The notes beneath the pieces are model-generated. The model had not been told where the DNA came from. It saw only the letters and a program-made list of their open reading frames with translations, and searched no databases. Positions 1-7,775 of a stretch of 35,976 bases of DNA are shown here, piece after piece. The first letter of the stretch is position 1. Each line of letters begins with the position of its first letter. A program made the position numbers and the translations under genes. Source of the DNA: Myxococcaceae bacterium (GTDB lineage Bacteria; Myxococcota; Myxococcia; Myxococcales; Myxococcaceae); assembly GCA_036489275.1 (NCBI GenBank), contig DASXGF010000271.1, positions 1 through 35,976 on the forward strand. The letters are read 5' to 3'.

Positions 1-94
1 CCAGTCCGGGACAGACCGCCCCTGCCTCCTGAAATCCTGTTCCGGGTTCCCGTCCCCTGGTGGTGCCGCGGCGGCCACCGTCGCCCAGGGGTGC

Positions 95-790
95 ATGTTC
101 TCTGGCCCGGCGTCGCGGACGGTCCACCTGGTCGAGGTCGCCGAGCGGGAGCGGGATTCGCTCCGGCGCCTCATCGAGTCCCTCGACGTCGGGGTCGAGG
201 CATTCGGCTCCCTCCCCGAGCGCCCCGATCGAGGCCCGCACTCCTGCAACTGCCTGGTGTGGTCGCTCGACGGCGCGGGTCCCGGAAGCGAGTTCGACGC
301 CCTGCTCGAGGAGATCGGCGAGGGCACTTCGGTGGTGCTCCTCGGTCGAGCGCCGGCGCTCTCTCTGGTCACCCGCGCCCTCAAGGCGGGAGCGGTGGAC
401 GTGCTCCGCAGCCCGGTGGACGTGGGGGAGCTGCGACGGGTGCTGGACGAGGGATTCGAGCGGAGCGACTCCGAGCGGCAGCAGGGGGCGCGGATCCTCG
501 AGGTCGAGGAGCGGCTGGAGCGGCTCACCGTCCGGGAGCGTGCCGTCCTCCGACCGCTCATCCGTGGCCAGCTCAACAAGGAGATCGGCGCCGAGCTGGG
601 CATCACCGAGCGCACGGTGAAGGCGCATCGCGGGTCCATTCTCCGCAAGCTCGAGGTGGGCTCGCTGGCGGAGCTGGCCCGGGTCGTCACCACGCTCGAG
701 CTCGCCCGGCAGCACCGTGCCGAGCGCGCGGCGTTCGCGCGGAAGCAGATGCTGGGCCCGTCCGAGGCGCCGGCGTCACTGTCGGCCTGA
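95..790 (+). CDS. LuxR/FixJ-family transcriptional regulator with a degenerate (pseudo-)receiver domain
   Basis: ATG at 95. The C-terminal GerE/LuxR HTH (LTVRERAVLRPLIRGQLNKEIGAELGITERTVKAHRGSILRKLEV) matches FixJ/NarL output domains. The N-terminal ~120 aa keep a receiver-like layout (VHLVEV..., KAGAVDVLRSP), but the conserved phosphorylation residues look substituted. Confidence 0.85.
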   Translation: MFSGPASRTVHLVEVAERERDSLRRLIESLDVGVEAFGSLPERPDRGPHSCNCLVWSLDGAGPGSEFDALLEEIGEGTSVVLLGRAPALSLVTRALKAGAVDVLRSPVDVGELRRVLDEGFERSDSERQQGARILEVEERLERLTVRERAVLRPLIRGQLNKEIGAELGITERTVKAHRGSILRKLEVGSLAELARVVTTLELARQHRAERAAFARKQMLGPSEAPASLSA

Positions 791-875
791 GCCTTCCGCC
801 CCGGGCCACCACCGGACAGGGGCGCTGCCGCGGCGCTCGACCTCGGGCACGGTTCGAGGGCAGCCTGGGCAGGTG

Positions 876-1733
876 ATGCTCGACGCGCTCCTGACCGCAG
901 CTCCGCCGTGGCCGAGGCGGGTGGTCTGCCTCACCGAGGAGACGGTGGAGACCCTGTACCTGCTCGGGGCCGGCGACCGGGTGGTGGGCGTCTCGGGGTT
1001 CGTGGTGCGCCCGCCCGAGGCCCGTCGCAAGCCCCGCGTCAGTTCGTTCCTCGACGCCAACTTCGACCGGATTCTCGAGCTTCGTCCGGACCTGGTGCTC
1101 GGCTTCTCGGATCTGCAGGCGGACATCGGTCGCGAGCTGTGCAAGCGCGGCGTGCCGGTGCACCTCTTCAACCAGCGGAGCGTGGCGGAGATCCTCCAGG
1201 CAGTGCGTCTCACCGGCGCGCTGGTGGGCCTCGCCGACGAGGCAGATGCGCTGGCGACCCGGCTCGGCGCGGGGCTGGAGCGGCACGCGGAGGCCGCGGC
1301 GGCGCTTCCCCGGCGCCCGCGGATGTTCTTCGAGGAGTGGCACGACCCGCTGATCAGCGGCATCCGATGGTGCAGCGAGCTGATGGAGCTGGTGGGCGGC
1401 GTGGACGTGTGCGCCGAGAGCCGCGCCAGCCAGGGCGCGCAGGGCCGCATCTTCCCGCCCGAGGAGGTGGCCCGGCGCGACCCGGAGGGCGTCGTGGCCA
1501 GCTGGTGTGGCCGGAAGGCGAAGCCGGAGAAGATTCGCGCCCGCCCGAACTGGACGGGGGTGCGGGCGGTGCTCGACGACCAGCTCTACGAGATCAAGAG
1601 CTCGGTCATCCTCCAGCCGGGACCGGCGGCGCTGACCGAGGGCGTGGACCAGCTGGCGCGCATCGTCGCGGCGGTGGCGCGGGGAGAGCAGCTGGGACGA
1701 CCGCGCGAGGGGGACCTCCGCTCGGCGGCCTGA
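876..1733 (+). CDS. Periplasmic-binding-protein type 2 (BtuF/cobalamin- or siderophore-binding-like) protein, no signal peptide seen
   Basis: ATG at 876 (MLDALL...). The pattern RVVCLTEETVETLYLLGAGDRVVGVSGF...ILELRPDLVLGFSDLQ...IKSSVILQPGPAALTEGVDQLARI is typical of Peripla_BP_2/BtuF-like proteins. The upstream part of the 717 ORF is R-rich shadow. Confidence 0.75.
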   Translation: MLDALLTAAPPWPRRVVCLTEETVETLYLLGAGDRVVGVSGFVVRPPEARRKPRVSSFLDANFDRILELRPDLVLGFSDLQADIGRELCKRGVPVHLFNQRSVAEILQAVRLTGALVGLADEADALATRLGAGLERHAEAAAALPRRPRMFFEEWHDPLISGIRWCSELMELVGGVDVCAESRASQGAQGRIFPPEEVARRDPEGVVASWCGRKAKPEKIRARPNWTGVRAVLDDQLYEIKSSVILQPGPAALTEGVDQLARIVAAVARGEQLGRPREGDLRSAA

Positions 1734-1736
1734 GGC

Positions 1737-2525
1737 TCACTCGCGGGCGGCGAGCAGGGGCCGGAGCGCCCGGAGCGTCCACACGACCGCGAGCACCACG
1801 AGACACAGGGCGACGACCGCGAGGTACCGCGACACCAGCGCCTGCTCCGTCCAGCCGTGCGTCTCGACCAGCACGCTCGCATCGGAGAGCCCTGCGCCCT
1901 CGAGCTGCCCGAGGGGGATCTCCCCGGGATCCCGCCGCGCCGCCCACCACACCGAGGCCACGTCCGAGAACGCGGCCGCTCCGACGACCAGGAGCCCCCA
2001 GCGGAGCGCCCCGCGCCGGAACGGCGACTCCTCGCCGCTGAACACCGTGCACATGAAAGCGGTGCCCAGCACCAGGGCCCCGGCGTCGCCTGCGAAGGAG
2101 ATGAGGGCGCGCGCCGTCCGCGTCTCCGGCAGGAGCCCGAGCAGCACGACCGCACCGAGGACGGCGCCACCCACGATCCACGATTGCCGCCCGGAACGGC
2201 GACCGAGCACGAGCAGTCCAGTCGCGACTCCGAGGAGCAGTCCCACCAGGACCGGGGAGCGGCTCTCGGCCATGGGAGTGAACCAGGGCAGGGGAAACGC
2301 CGGGAACCCGAGGGCGAGCGCGGTCAGCGCGTGGCCGAGCTCGTGGAGCGGCATCCCGAAGAACATCCGCTGGAGCGAATGCCCGAGCCCGCTCCGCGAG
2401 AAGAGCGCCGCGATCACCAGCGTCAGCGGAACGGCAACCAGCCGCAGCCGGAGCTCGTCGACCGGCTCCAGAGGCACCACGGGCGCGCGCCTCGCGCTGA
2501 GCACCCCGGTGGCAGGTCGTCGCAT
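1737..2525 (-). CDS. Integral membrane M50B-like zinc metallopeptidase (HExxH)
   Basis: ATG at 2525 (MRRPATG...). There are several hydrophobic helices. The motif [15 protein letters not shown] resembles the HExGH signature of Peptidase_M50B-like membrane proteins. Confidence 0.65.
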   Translation of the reverse strand: MRRPATGVLSARRAPVVPLEPVDELRLRLVAVPLTLVIAALFSRSGLGHSLQRMFFGMPLHELGHALTALALGFPAFPLPWFTPMAESRSPVLVGLLLGVATGLLVLGRRSGRQSWIVGGAVLGAVVLLGLLPETRTARALISFAGDAGALVLGTAFMCTVFSGEESPFRRGALRWGLLVVGAAAFSDVASVWWAARRDPGEIPLGQLEGAGLSDASVLVETHGWTEQALVSRYLAVVALCLVVLAVVWTLRALRPLLAARE

Positions 2526-2589
2526 CCTCGACCCGGAATGGTAGCCCAGAGTGGAAGACGCGCCCGGATCCGGCAGACTCCCTGGACGC

Positions 2590-3282
2590 ATGGCGCTCGT
2601 CCCCTGCCCGGAGTGCGGAAAGCCGATGTCCACGCAGGCTCCCTCCTGCCCACACTGTGGCTACGCGCCGCAGGTCGCCCCGGTCCGGTTCGCGGCGGTG
2701 GGCGAGGCGGGAGCAGCCGACCCGCCCCAGCGGCAGGAGTCGGTGGTCTGGGAGGGGAAGCCCTCGCTCAAGCTCCTCATGGTCCAGGTGCTGAGGACGC
2801 TGATCGTCGCGGTCGCGGCCATCGTCGCGGCGGTGTTCGTGCACCCCCTGGCGGTGGCGTTCTTCGAGGATCTCTCGGCAGGGAAGGGCGGACGCGGTCC
2901 GCGCGACGGCTCGCCGGCGACGCTCATCCTCATGGTGATCATCGGCTCCTACCTGGTGATCCGGGCGATCGTCCTCACCGTCTCGGTTTTCCGGCTGCGG
3001 ACGACCCACTACAAGCTCACCAACCAGCGGCTGATCGTCGAGCAGGGGATCCTGAACCGCGCGCTGGACGAGGTGGACCTGCGGACCGTCGACGACTCGG
3101 GCTTCTCCCAGTCGCCGCTCGAGCGCCTCCAGGGCATCGGAACGGTGTGGATCATCGCCAGCGACCGCTCCACGCCGAGGCTGACCCTCCGGGGGATCCC
3201 CGATCCCCGGGCGCTCCGCGAGAAGATCCGCGAGAACGCGTACCGGATGAGCCAGGGACAGGTCTTCACTCGCTCCACCTGA
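2590..3282 (+). CDS. Zinc-ribbon / two-TM / bacterial PH (bPH_2, YdbS/YdbT-like) domain protein
   Basis: ATG at 2590. The N-terminus CPECG...CPHCG is a zinc ribbon, followed by two hydrophobic segments. The C-terminal [31 protein letters not shown]...LQGIGTVWI...[10 protein letters not shown] matches the bPH_2 pattern. Confidence 0.75.
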   Translation: MALVPCPECGKPMSTQAPSCPHCGYAPQVAPVRFAAVGEAGAADPPQRQESVVWEGKPSLKLLMVQVLRTLIVAVAAIVAAVFVHPLAVAFFEDLSAGKGGRGPRDGSPATLILMVIIGSYLVIRAIVLTVSVFRLRTTHYKLTNQRLIVEQGILNRALDEVDLRTVDDSGFSQSPLERLQGIGTVWIIASDRSTPRLTLRGIPDPRALREKIRENAYRMSQGQVFTRST

Positions 3283-3302
3283 GCCGCACCCGGGAGGATG
3301 CC

Positions 3303-3821
3303 GTGGCCATCGAGGTCGTCCAGGCCGACATCACCACCCTCGACGTGGACGCGATCGTGAACGCGGCCAACAGCGGGCTGCGCGGCGGCGGTGGGGTCGA
3401 CGGCGCCATTCATCGCGCTGCGGGTCCCGAGCTGCTCGAGGCGTGCCGGCGCATCGGCGGGTGCCCCACCGGGGAGGCGGTGCTGACTCCGGGCTTCCGG
3501 CTGCCGGCGCGCTTCGTCATCCATGCCGTGGGACCGGTCTGGCAGGGGGGAGGCCGCGGCGAGGCGGAGCTGCTCCGACGGACCTACCACTCGGCGTTCG
3601 ACGTGGCGCGCTCCGAGCCGTCGGTGCGGTCCATCGCCTTCCCGGCCATCTCCACCGGCGTCTACGCCTTTCCGCGGGAGGAGGCGGCGCGGATCGCGCT
3701 GGAGGTGATGCGCGAGCGGTCGTCTGAGCTGGACCGGATCGTCGCGGCGGTGTTCTCGGCCGCGGACCGCGAGCTGTACCTCACTTTACGGCAGCGAAGC
3801 CTCGGAGGAGGGCGGCCTTGA
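3303..3821 (+). CDS. Macro-domain protein (O-acetyl-ADP-ribose deacetylase / ADP-ribose-binding, YmdB-like)
   Basis: GTG at 3303, 5 nt after [46 protein letters not shown]...[10 protein letters not shown]...[15 protein letters not shown] are canonical macro-domain motifs. Confidence 0.9.
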   Translation: MAIEVVQADITTLDVDAIVNAANSGLRGGGGVDGAIHRAAGPELLEACRRIGGCPTGEAVLTPGFRLPARFVIHAVGPVWQGGGRGEAELLRRTYHSAFDVARSEPSVRSIAFPAISTGVYAFPREEAARIALEVMRERSSELDRIVAAVFSAADRELYLTLRQRSLGGGRP

Positions 3822-4260
3822 AGAGCGGGGCTCGCTGCTCGTCGATCATCCCGTCGAACTTCTCCACGACCTTGCCGTTCAAGCCGATGACCCAGGTGTA
3901 CGGCAACGCCGTCCGGTCCCACTGCACGAGGAACGGCGTGTTCGCCCAGACGACCTGATCCTGGAACCACTGCGGCTGGGTCCGAAGCCAGGAGTCGAGC
4001 TTGTGGCCCGGCTTTTCCTGCAGGTAGGCCGGCAAGAAGACGACCCGGTCCGCGTAGGGCGCGATGGAGTCGGCGAGCACCGACATCTGGGCGAGGCAGG
4101 GCGTGCACCAGTCGGCCCAGAAGGTGAGGACGACGACGTGCCCCCTCAGGTCCTCGAGCGTGCTGGTGGCGCCTCCCTTGGCCCGGACAAGCTGCGGGCT
4201 GGCGCAACCGGCGAGGGCCAGCGCCACGAGAATCGGAAGGACGAGGCGTCGCAGGATCAT
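3781..4260 (-). CDS. TlpA-like thiol:disulfide oxidoreductase lipoprotein (thioredoxin fold)
   Basis: ATG at 4260 with GGAGA upstream. The signal peptide carries a lipobox ([19 protein letters not shown]). The WCTPC active site sits in [11 protein letters not shown]. The 3' end overlaps the macro gene by 41 bp. Confidence 0.85.
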   Translation of the reverse strand: MILRRLVLPILVALALAGCASPQLVRAKGGATSTLEDLRGHVVVLTFWADWCTPCLAQMSVLADSIAPYADRVVFLPAYLQEKPGHKLDSWLRTQPQWFQDQVVWANTPFLVQWDRTALPYTWVIGLNGKVVEKFDGMIDEQRAPLFKAALLRGFAAVK

Positions 4261-4372
4261 CTGATCTCCAGGAAGACCGCCGTGTGGGGCGCGCGCGGCG
4301 ATTCGAGCGTGGTCACCTGGTCCGGTCATGACGTTCCCCCCAGGTCCGTCGCCCGACCGGAACCTTACCAGG

Positions 4373-5584
4373 CTATCCGCGCGCCGGCTCGATCCGCTCG
4401 CTGGTGGCAGGTGCAGATCGCTGGACGAGGAGCCCCGCCAGCGCACACGCGGCGCAGAACAGCGCCCACGCGCCCAGCTGCCCGCGGTCGATGAGGACCC
4501 CCGCGATCGCGGGCCCGAGGATCTGCGCCACCGATTGCAGGGACGTGTTCAGCCCCAGCACGACGCCCTGCTCGTTGCGGGCGACAGCCTGCGTCACGAG
4601 GCTGGTCAGTGCCGGGCGGAGGACGCCGGTGCCGACGGAGCTGAACAGACCCGCGACCAGAAGGAGCGGCAGCAGGTGGACGCCGGCGAGCAGCCCGTAG
4701 CCCACGGCCATCGACGCGAAGCCGGCGGCCACCAGCCAGTGCTCGCCGAAGCGTTTCACGAGACGCCCGAGGAAGCTCTGCACCAGGATGCCGAGGAGCC
4801 CGGCGTAGGCGAAGACGAAGCCCACTTCGCGGGCCTGGAAGGGGCGGCCATTCCAGGTGAGCCGCCGCTCGAGGAAGAGCGCCAGGCCGCCGGTGAACGC
4901 GGCGAAGGCCATCACGAAGCAGAAGAACTCCACCAGCAGTCGCGAGAGGCCTGGCCGCCGGAAGTACTGGAGGTACTCACCCCAGGCGAAGAGCGAGAGC
5001 CGCCGCCCTGCGGGTCCGGCCGGGCCCGCCGCGGGCGCGGGCTTCGTCGCGGGGAGGAGGAAGATCGTCGCCAGGATGCTGACGGCCGAGAGGGCGGCCG
5101 AGAGGAGAATTGGAACCGCCAGCCCGAAGGGAGAGAGCATGCCCGAGATCGCTGGCCCGAGCAGGAAGCCAATCCCGAAGCTGATGCCGATCAGCGCAAA
5201 GGAGCGCGCGCGGTTCTCGGGCTCGGTGACGTCGGAGATGTATGCCTGGGCAAGGACCAGGTTGCCGGCGGTGAGCCCGTCGATGATCCGGGCCAGGTAC
5301 ACCAACCACAGGCTGCCCGCGCCGGCGAGGAGCAGGCGCGAGGCGAAGGTGCCCAGCTGCGAGACGATGAGCAGCGGCTTGCGCCCGGTGCGGTCACTCC
5401 ACCGGCCGAGGAACGGGCCGCTCAGGAGCTGACAGAACGCGTAGGTGGAGACGAGGAGCCCGACCGCGGTGGGGCTCGCCCCGAGCTTCTCCGCATAGAA
5501 CGGAAGCAGTGGAAGGATGATCGTCAGGCCGAGGATGTCGGCCAGGACGATGAGAAAGATGGGGAGGAGCGGCCGATCCTTCAC
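4373..5584 (-). CDS. MFS transporter (tetracycline/drug:H+ antiporter-like, 12 TM)
   Basis: Shows an MFS signature (GRWSDRTGRKPLL) and many TM segments. I prefer the GTG start at 5584, preceded by GAGGGGAG. The TTG at 5623 (start of the track ORF) has no usable spacing to its SD. Confidence 0.85.
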   Translation of the reverse strand: MKDRPLLPIFLIVLADILGLTIILPLLPFYAEKLGASPTAVGLLVSTYAFCQLLSGPFLGRWSDRTGRKPLLIVSQLGTFASRLLLAGAGSLWLVYLARIIDGLTAGNLVLAQAYISDVTEPENRARSFALIGISFGIGFLLGPAISGMLSPFGLAVPILLSAALSAVSILATIFLLPATKPAPAAGPAGPAGRRLSLFAWGEYLQYFRRPGLSRLLVEFFCFVMAFAAFTGGLALFLERRLTWNGRPFQAREVGFVFAYAGLLGILVQSFLGRLVKRFGEHWLVAAGFASMAVGYGLLAGVHLLPLLLVAGLFSSVGTGVLRPALTSLVTQAVARNEQGVVLGLNTSLQSVAQILGPAIAGVLIDRGQLGAWALFCAACALAGLLVQRSAPATSERIEPARG

Positions 5585-5639
5585 GGGCGCTCCCCTCAGA
5601 CCAGAAGTCGCCTCCTGCGGCAACCCTCGCTGCGTTTCT

Positions 5640-6155
5640 CTACGAACGCAGGGCCTGGATCGCGGCGTCGCTGAACTGCTGCAGATCGTCCGGCTGGCGG
5701 CTCGTGATCCAGTTGCCGTCCCGCACCACCGGCTCGTCCTTCACGTTGGCGCCGATCTGCCGCAGGTCCTCCTGGATGGTCTTCCAGGCGGTCATCGTGC
5801 GGCCCTTCACCAGGCGCGCGCTGATCAGCAGCTGCGGGCCGTGGCACACCGCGGCCACCGGCTTCTTCGTCGCGTCGAAGTCCCTCACGAACCGGACGAA
5901 GCGCTCGTCGGCCCGGAGCTTGTCGGGTGAGTGGCCGCCGGGAAGCAGCAGCTCGTCGTAGTCCTGCGGCTTCGCGTCGGCGATCGACTTGTTCGCCTTC
6001 ACGCTGACCTTGCCCTTGTCGCCCTTCAGCTCCTCGCCGGTCTCGCGTCCGATGATGTCGACCTCGAAGCCTTCGGCCTTCAGCCGGTCGTAGGGAATCT
6101 TGAGCTCGCTGTCCTCGAAGCCCTGTCCCAGCAGGATTGCAACCTTCTTGGCCAT
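5640..6155 (-). CDS. DJ-1/PfpI-family protease/deglycase
   Basis: MAKKVAILLGQGFEDSEL...LLLPGGHSPD...PVAAVCHGPQLL carries the nucleophile elbow Cys-His. GAGGAGG lies upstream of the ATG at 6155. Confidence 0.9.
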   Translation of the reverse strand: MAKKVAILLGQGFEDSELKIPYDRLKAEGFEVDIIGRETGEELKGDKGKVSVKANKSIADAKPQDYDELLLPGGHSPDKLRADERFVRFVRDFDATKKPVAAVCHGPQLLISARLVKGRTMTAWKTIQEDLRQIGANVKDEPVVRDGNWITSRQPDDLQQFSDAAIQALRS

Positions 6156-6304
6156 GGTCGTCGCCTCCTCGGTGTGGCGGAGACACGACGCTGTGCACCC
6201 CGGCGCCGCCTGTCACCCCCGTCGGACACGCTCGCCTCCCCACGCAGCGCGCGGGCGACGGGCCGAGGCTCACCGTGCTCGCCCGGCGATACTGCGCGGA
6301 CGTC

Positions 6305-7396
6305 TCAGATCGTCGGCGTCCCCTCGTAGAGGTACGCGGTGTTCTCCAGCCGCGCGCCCTTGCTGTCGGCCACTGCGAACTGCGCCGGCTTCCCCGACGG
6401 ACGGGTGCTCCACATCGTCGCCCCCGCGTAGGCGCCGGCCTTGTTGACCGCGTAGAAGCTGATGCCGAATGCCGGCCGGCCCTTGTCGTCGAGCAGGCGC
6501 TTCTCCTTCGTCGTCTCGGCGATGCGGCGGAGCGTGTCGAGGCAGGCGTCCTTCGGCGAGCGTCCGGCGCGCATCCGCTCGACGATCAGGTGTCCTCCGG
6601 CGGTCAGGATGTTTGCCTCACCCCGCCCGGTGCTTCCCGCAGAGCCGATGGCGTTGTCCAGGAAGCAGCCCGCGCCGATGAGCGCCGAGTCGCCCACCCG
6701 GCCTGGCATCTTGAAGAACAACCCGCTCGTGCTGGTGCAGCCGGCGAGGTCGCCTTTCCCATCGCACGCCGAGAGGTGCACCGTCCCGTGACTGCGCGGG
6801 TCGCGGAACGGATCCCGCCCGTACCGGCGAATGAAGTCCTGCACGTCCGGGTCGAGCTTCGACGGATCCGGCTCGAGCCACTTGTCCTTCGCCGAGAGGT
6901 TCTGCTTCCAGTAGAGCCAGACCTTCCGCGCCTTGTCGGTCAGGAGGTTCTCCACCGGGAACCCGTTCATCTCCGCGAAGCGGCGCGCGCCGGGGCCCAC
7001 CAGCAGGATGTGGTCGGTGGTCTCCATCACCGCCTTCGCCACCCGGCTCGGGTTCTTGATGCCCTCGAGCGCGGCCACCGCGCCGGCCCGTCCAGTCGGC
7101 CCGTGCATCACGCAGCTGTCGAGCTGGACGACGCCGTCCTCGTTGGGAATCCCGCCGTAGCCGACGCTCATGTCGTTCGGGTCGTCCTCGACCAGGTTCA
7201 CGCCCGCGACGATGGCGTCCAGCGGATCTCCGCCCGCCTTCATCCGCTTCACCGCGAGCTCGGCAGCCTTGAGCCCGTTCGAGGAGGCCACGACCACCGG
7301 CGTCGATCCCGAGGCGCCCCCGGCGGTCGGCCCGGCAGCGCTCGCGGCGAACGGGGCCAGCGCCGCGGAGGAGAGGAACGTTCGTCGAGAGACCAA
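6305..7396 (-). CDS. Asparaginase-2 family Ntn hydrolase (isoaspartyl peptidase / L-asparaginase / glycosylasparaginase-like), Tat-exported
   Basis: TTG start at 7396, 8 nt after AGGAG. The start gives a twin-arginine signal (SRRTFLSSAALAPFAASAAG). The family pattern is present: GGDPLDAIV, VGYGG, a candidate autocleavage site HG|TVH, and GAGCFLDN...GSTGRGE. Confidence 0.85.
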   Translation of the reverse strand: MVSRRTFLSSAALAPFAASAAGPTAGGASGSTPVVVASSNGLKAAELAVKRMKAGGDPLDAIVAGVNLVEDDPNDMSVGYGGIPNEDGVVQLDSCVMHGPTGRAGAVAALEGIKNPSRVAKAVMETTDHILLVGPGARRFAEMNGFPVENLLTDKARKVWLYWKQNLSAKDKWLEPDPSKLDPDVQDFIRRYGRDPFRDPRSHGTVHLSACDGKGDLAGCTSTSGLFFKMPGRVGDSALIGAGCFLDNAIGSAGSTGRGEANILTAGGHLIVERMRAGRSPKDACLDTLRRIAETTKEKRLLDDKGRPAFGISFYAVNKAGAYAGATMWSTRPSGKPAQFAVADSKGARLENTAYLYEGTPTI

Positions 7397-7407
7397 GGTC
7401 GAGGCTC

Positions 7408-7623
7408 CTAGGGCGAGCGAGGGACGATGCGGCTCCACATGGAGAGGAGGTTGCGCACGACCGCCCCGTCGGGGGAAGGCGCCGCAGGCGGAAGGTCGAG
7501 CTGGAGCCCGTACGGCCCGAGGCGGTTGAACGGGTTCGACGTTTCCTGGTTCTTCAAGGGAACGGCCGGGTCGGCGGGCCGCACCACCGCAGCGAGGAGC
7601 ACGCGCGGGACGGGGGAGCGCAT
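7408..7623 (-). CDS. Candidate small ORF (71 aa) immediately upstream of the asparaginase-family gene
   Basis: ATG at 7623 and TAG at 7408-7410, 11 bp before the TTG of the next gene. By my count 64 of 71 third codon positions are G/C, and the bias fades upstream of 7623. No recognisable domain. The bias is shared with an antisense frame. Confidence 0.3.
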   Translation of the reverse strand: MRSPVPRVLLAAVVRPADPAVPLKNQETSNPFNRLGPYGLQLDLPPAAPSPDGAVVRNLLSMWSRIVPRSP

Positions 7624-7775
7624 CGGCGGGCGAGCATGCCACGACGGAGGCGCCTGGAAGCACGACGTTTCTGGGGCAAGTCACGGGCCACCCGGGGGAC
7701 GCGTGGTGGAATCGTCGCCGGTCCGGACGGGGGCCCGGGGTAGCATCCCCGGAACGCCTCACAGGGGAGGGGTAG

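Noticed and set aside
791-875. Possible cobalamin riboswitch upstream of the BtuF-like gene
   Set aside because: Only 85 nt are available, far shorter than a B12 riboswitch, and I could not find a B12-box-like core.
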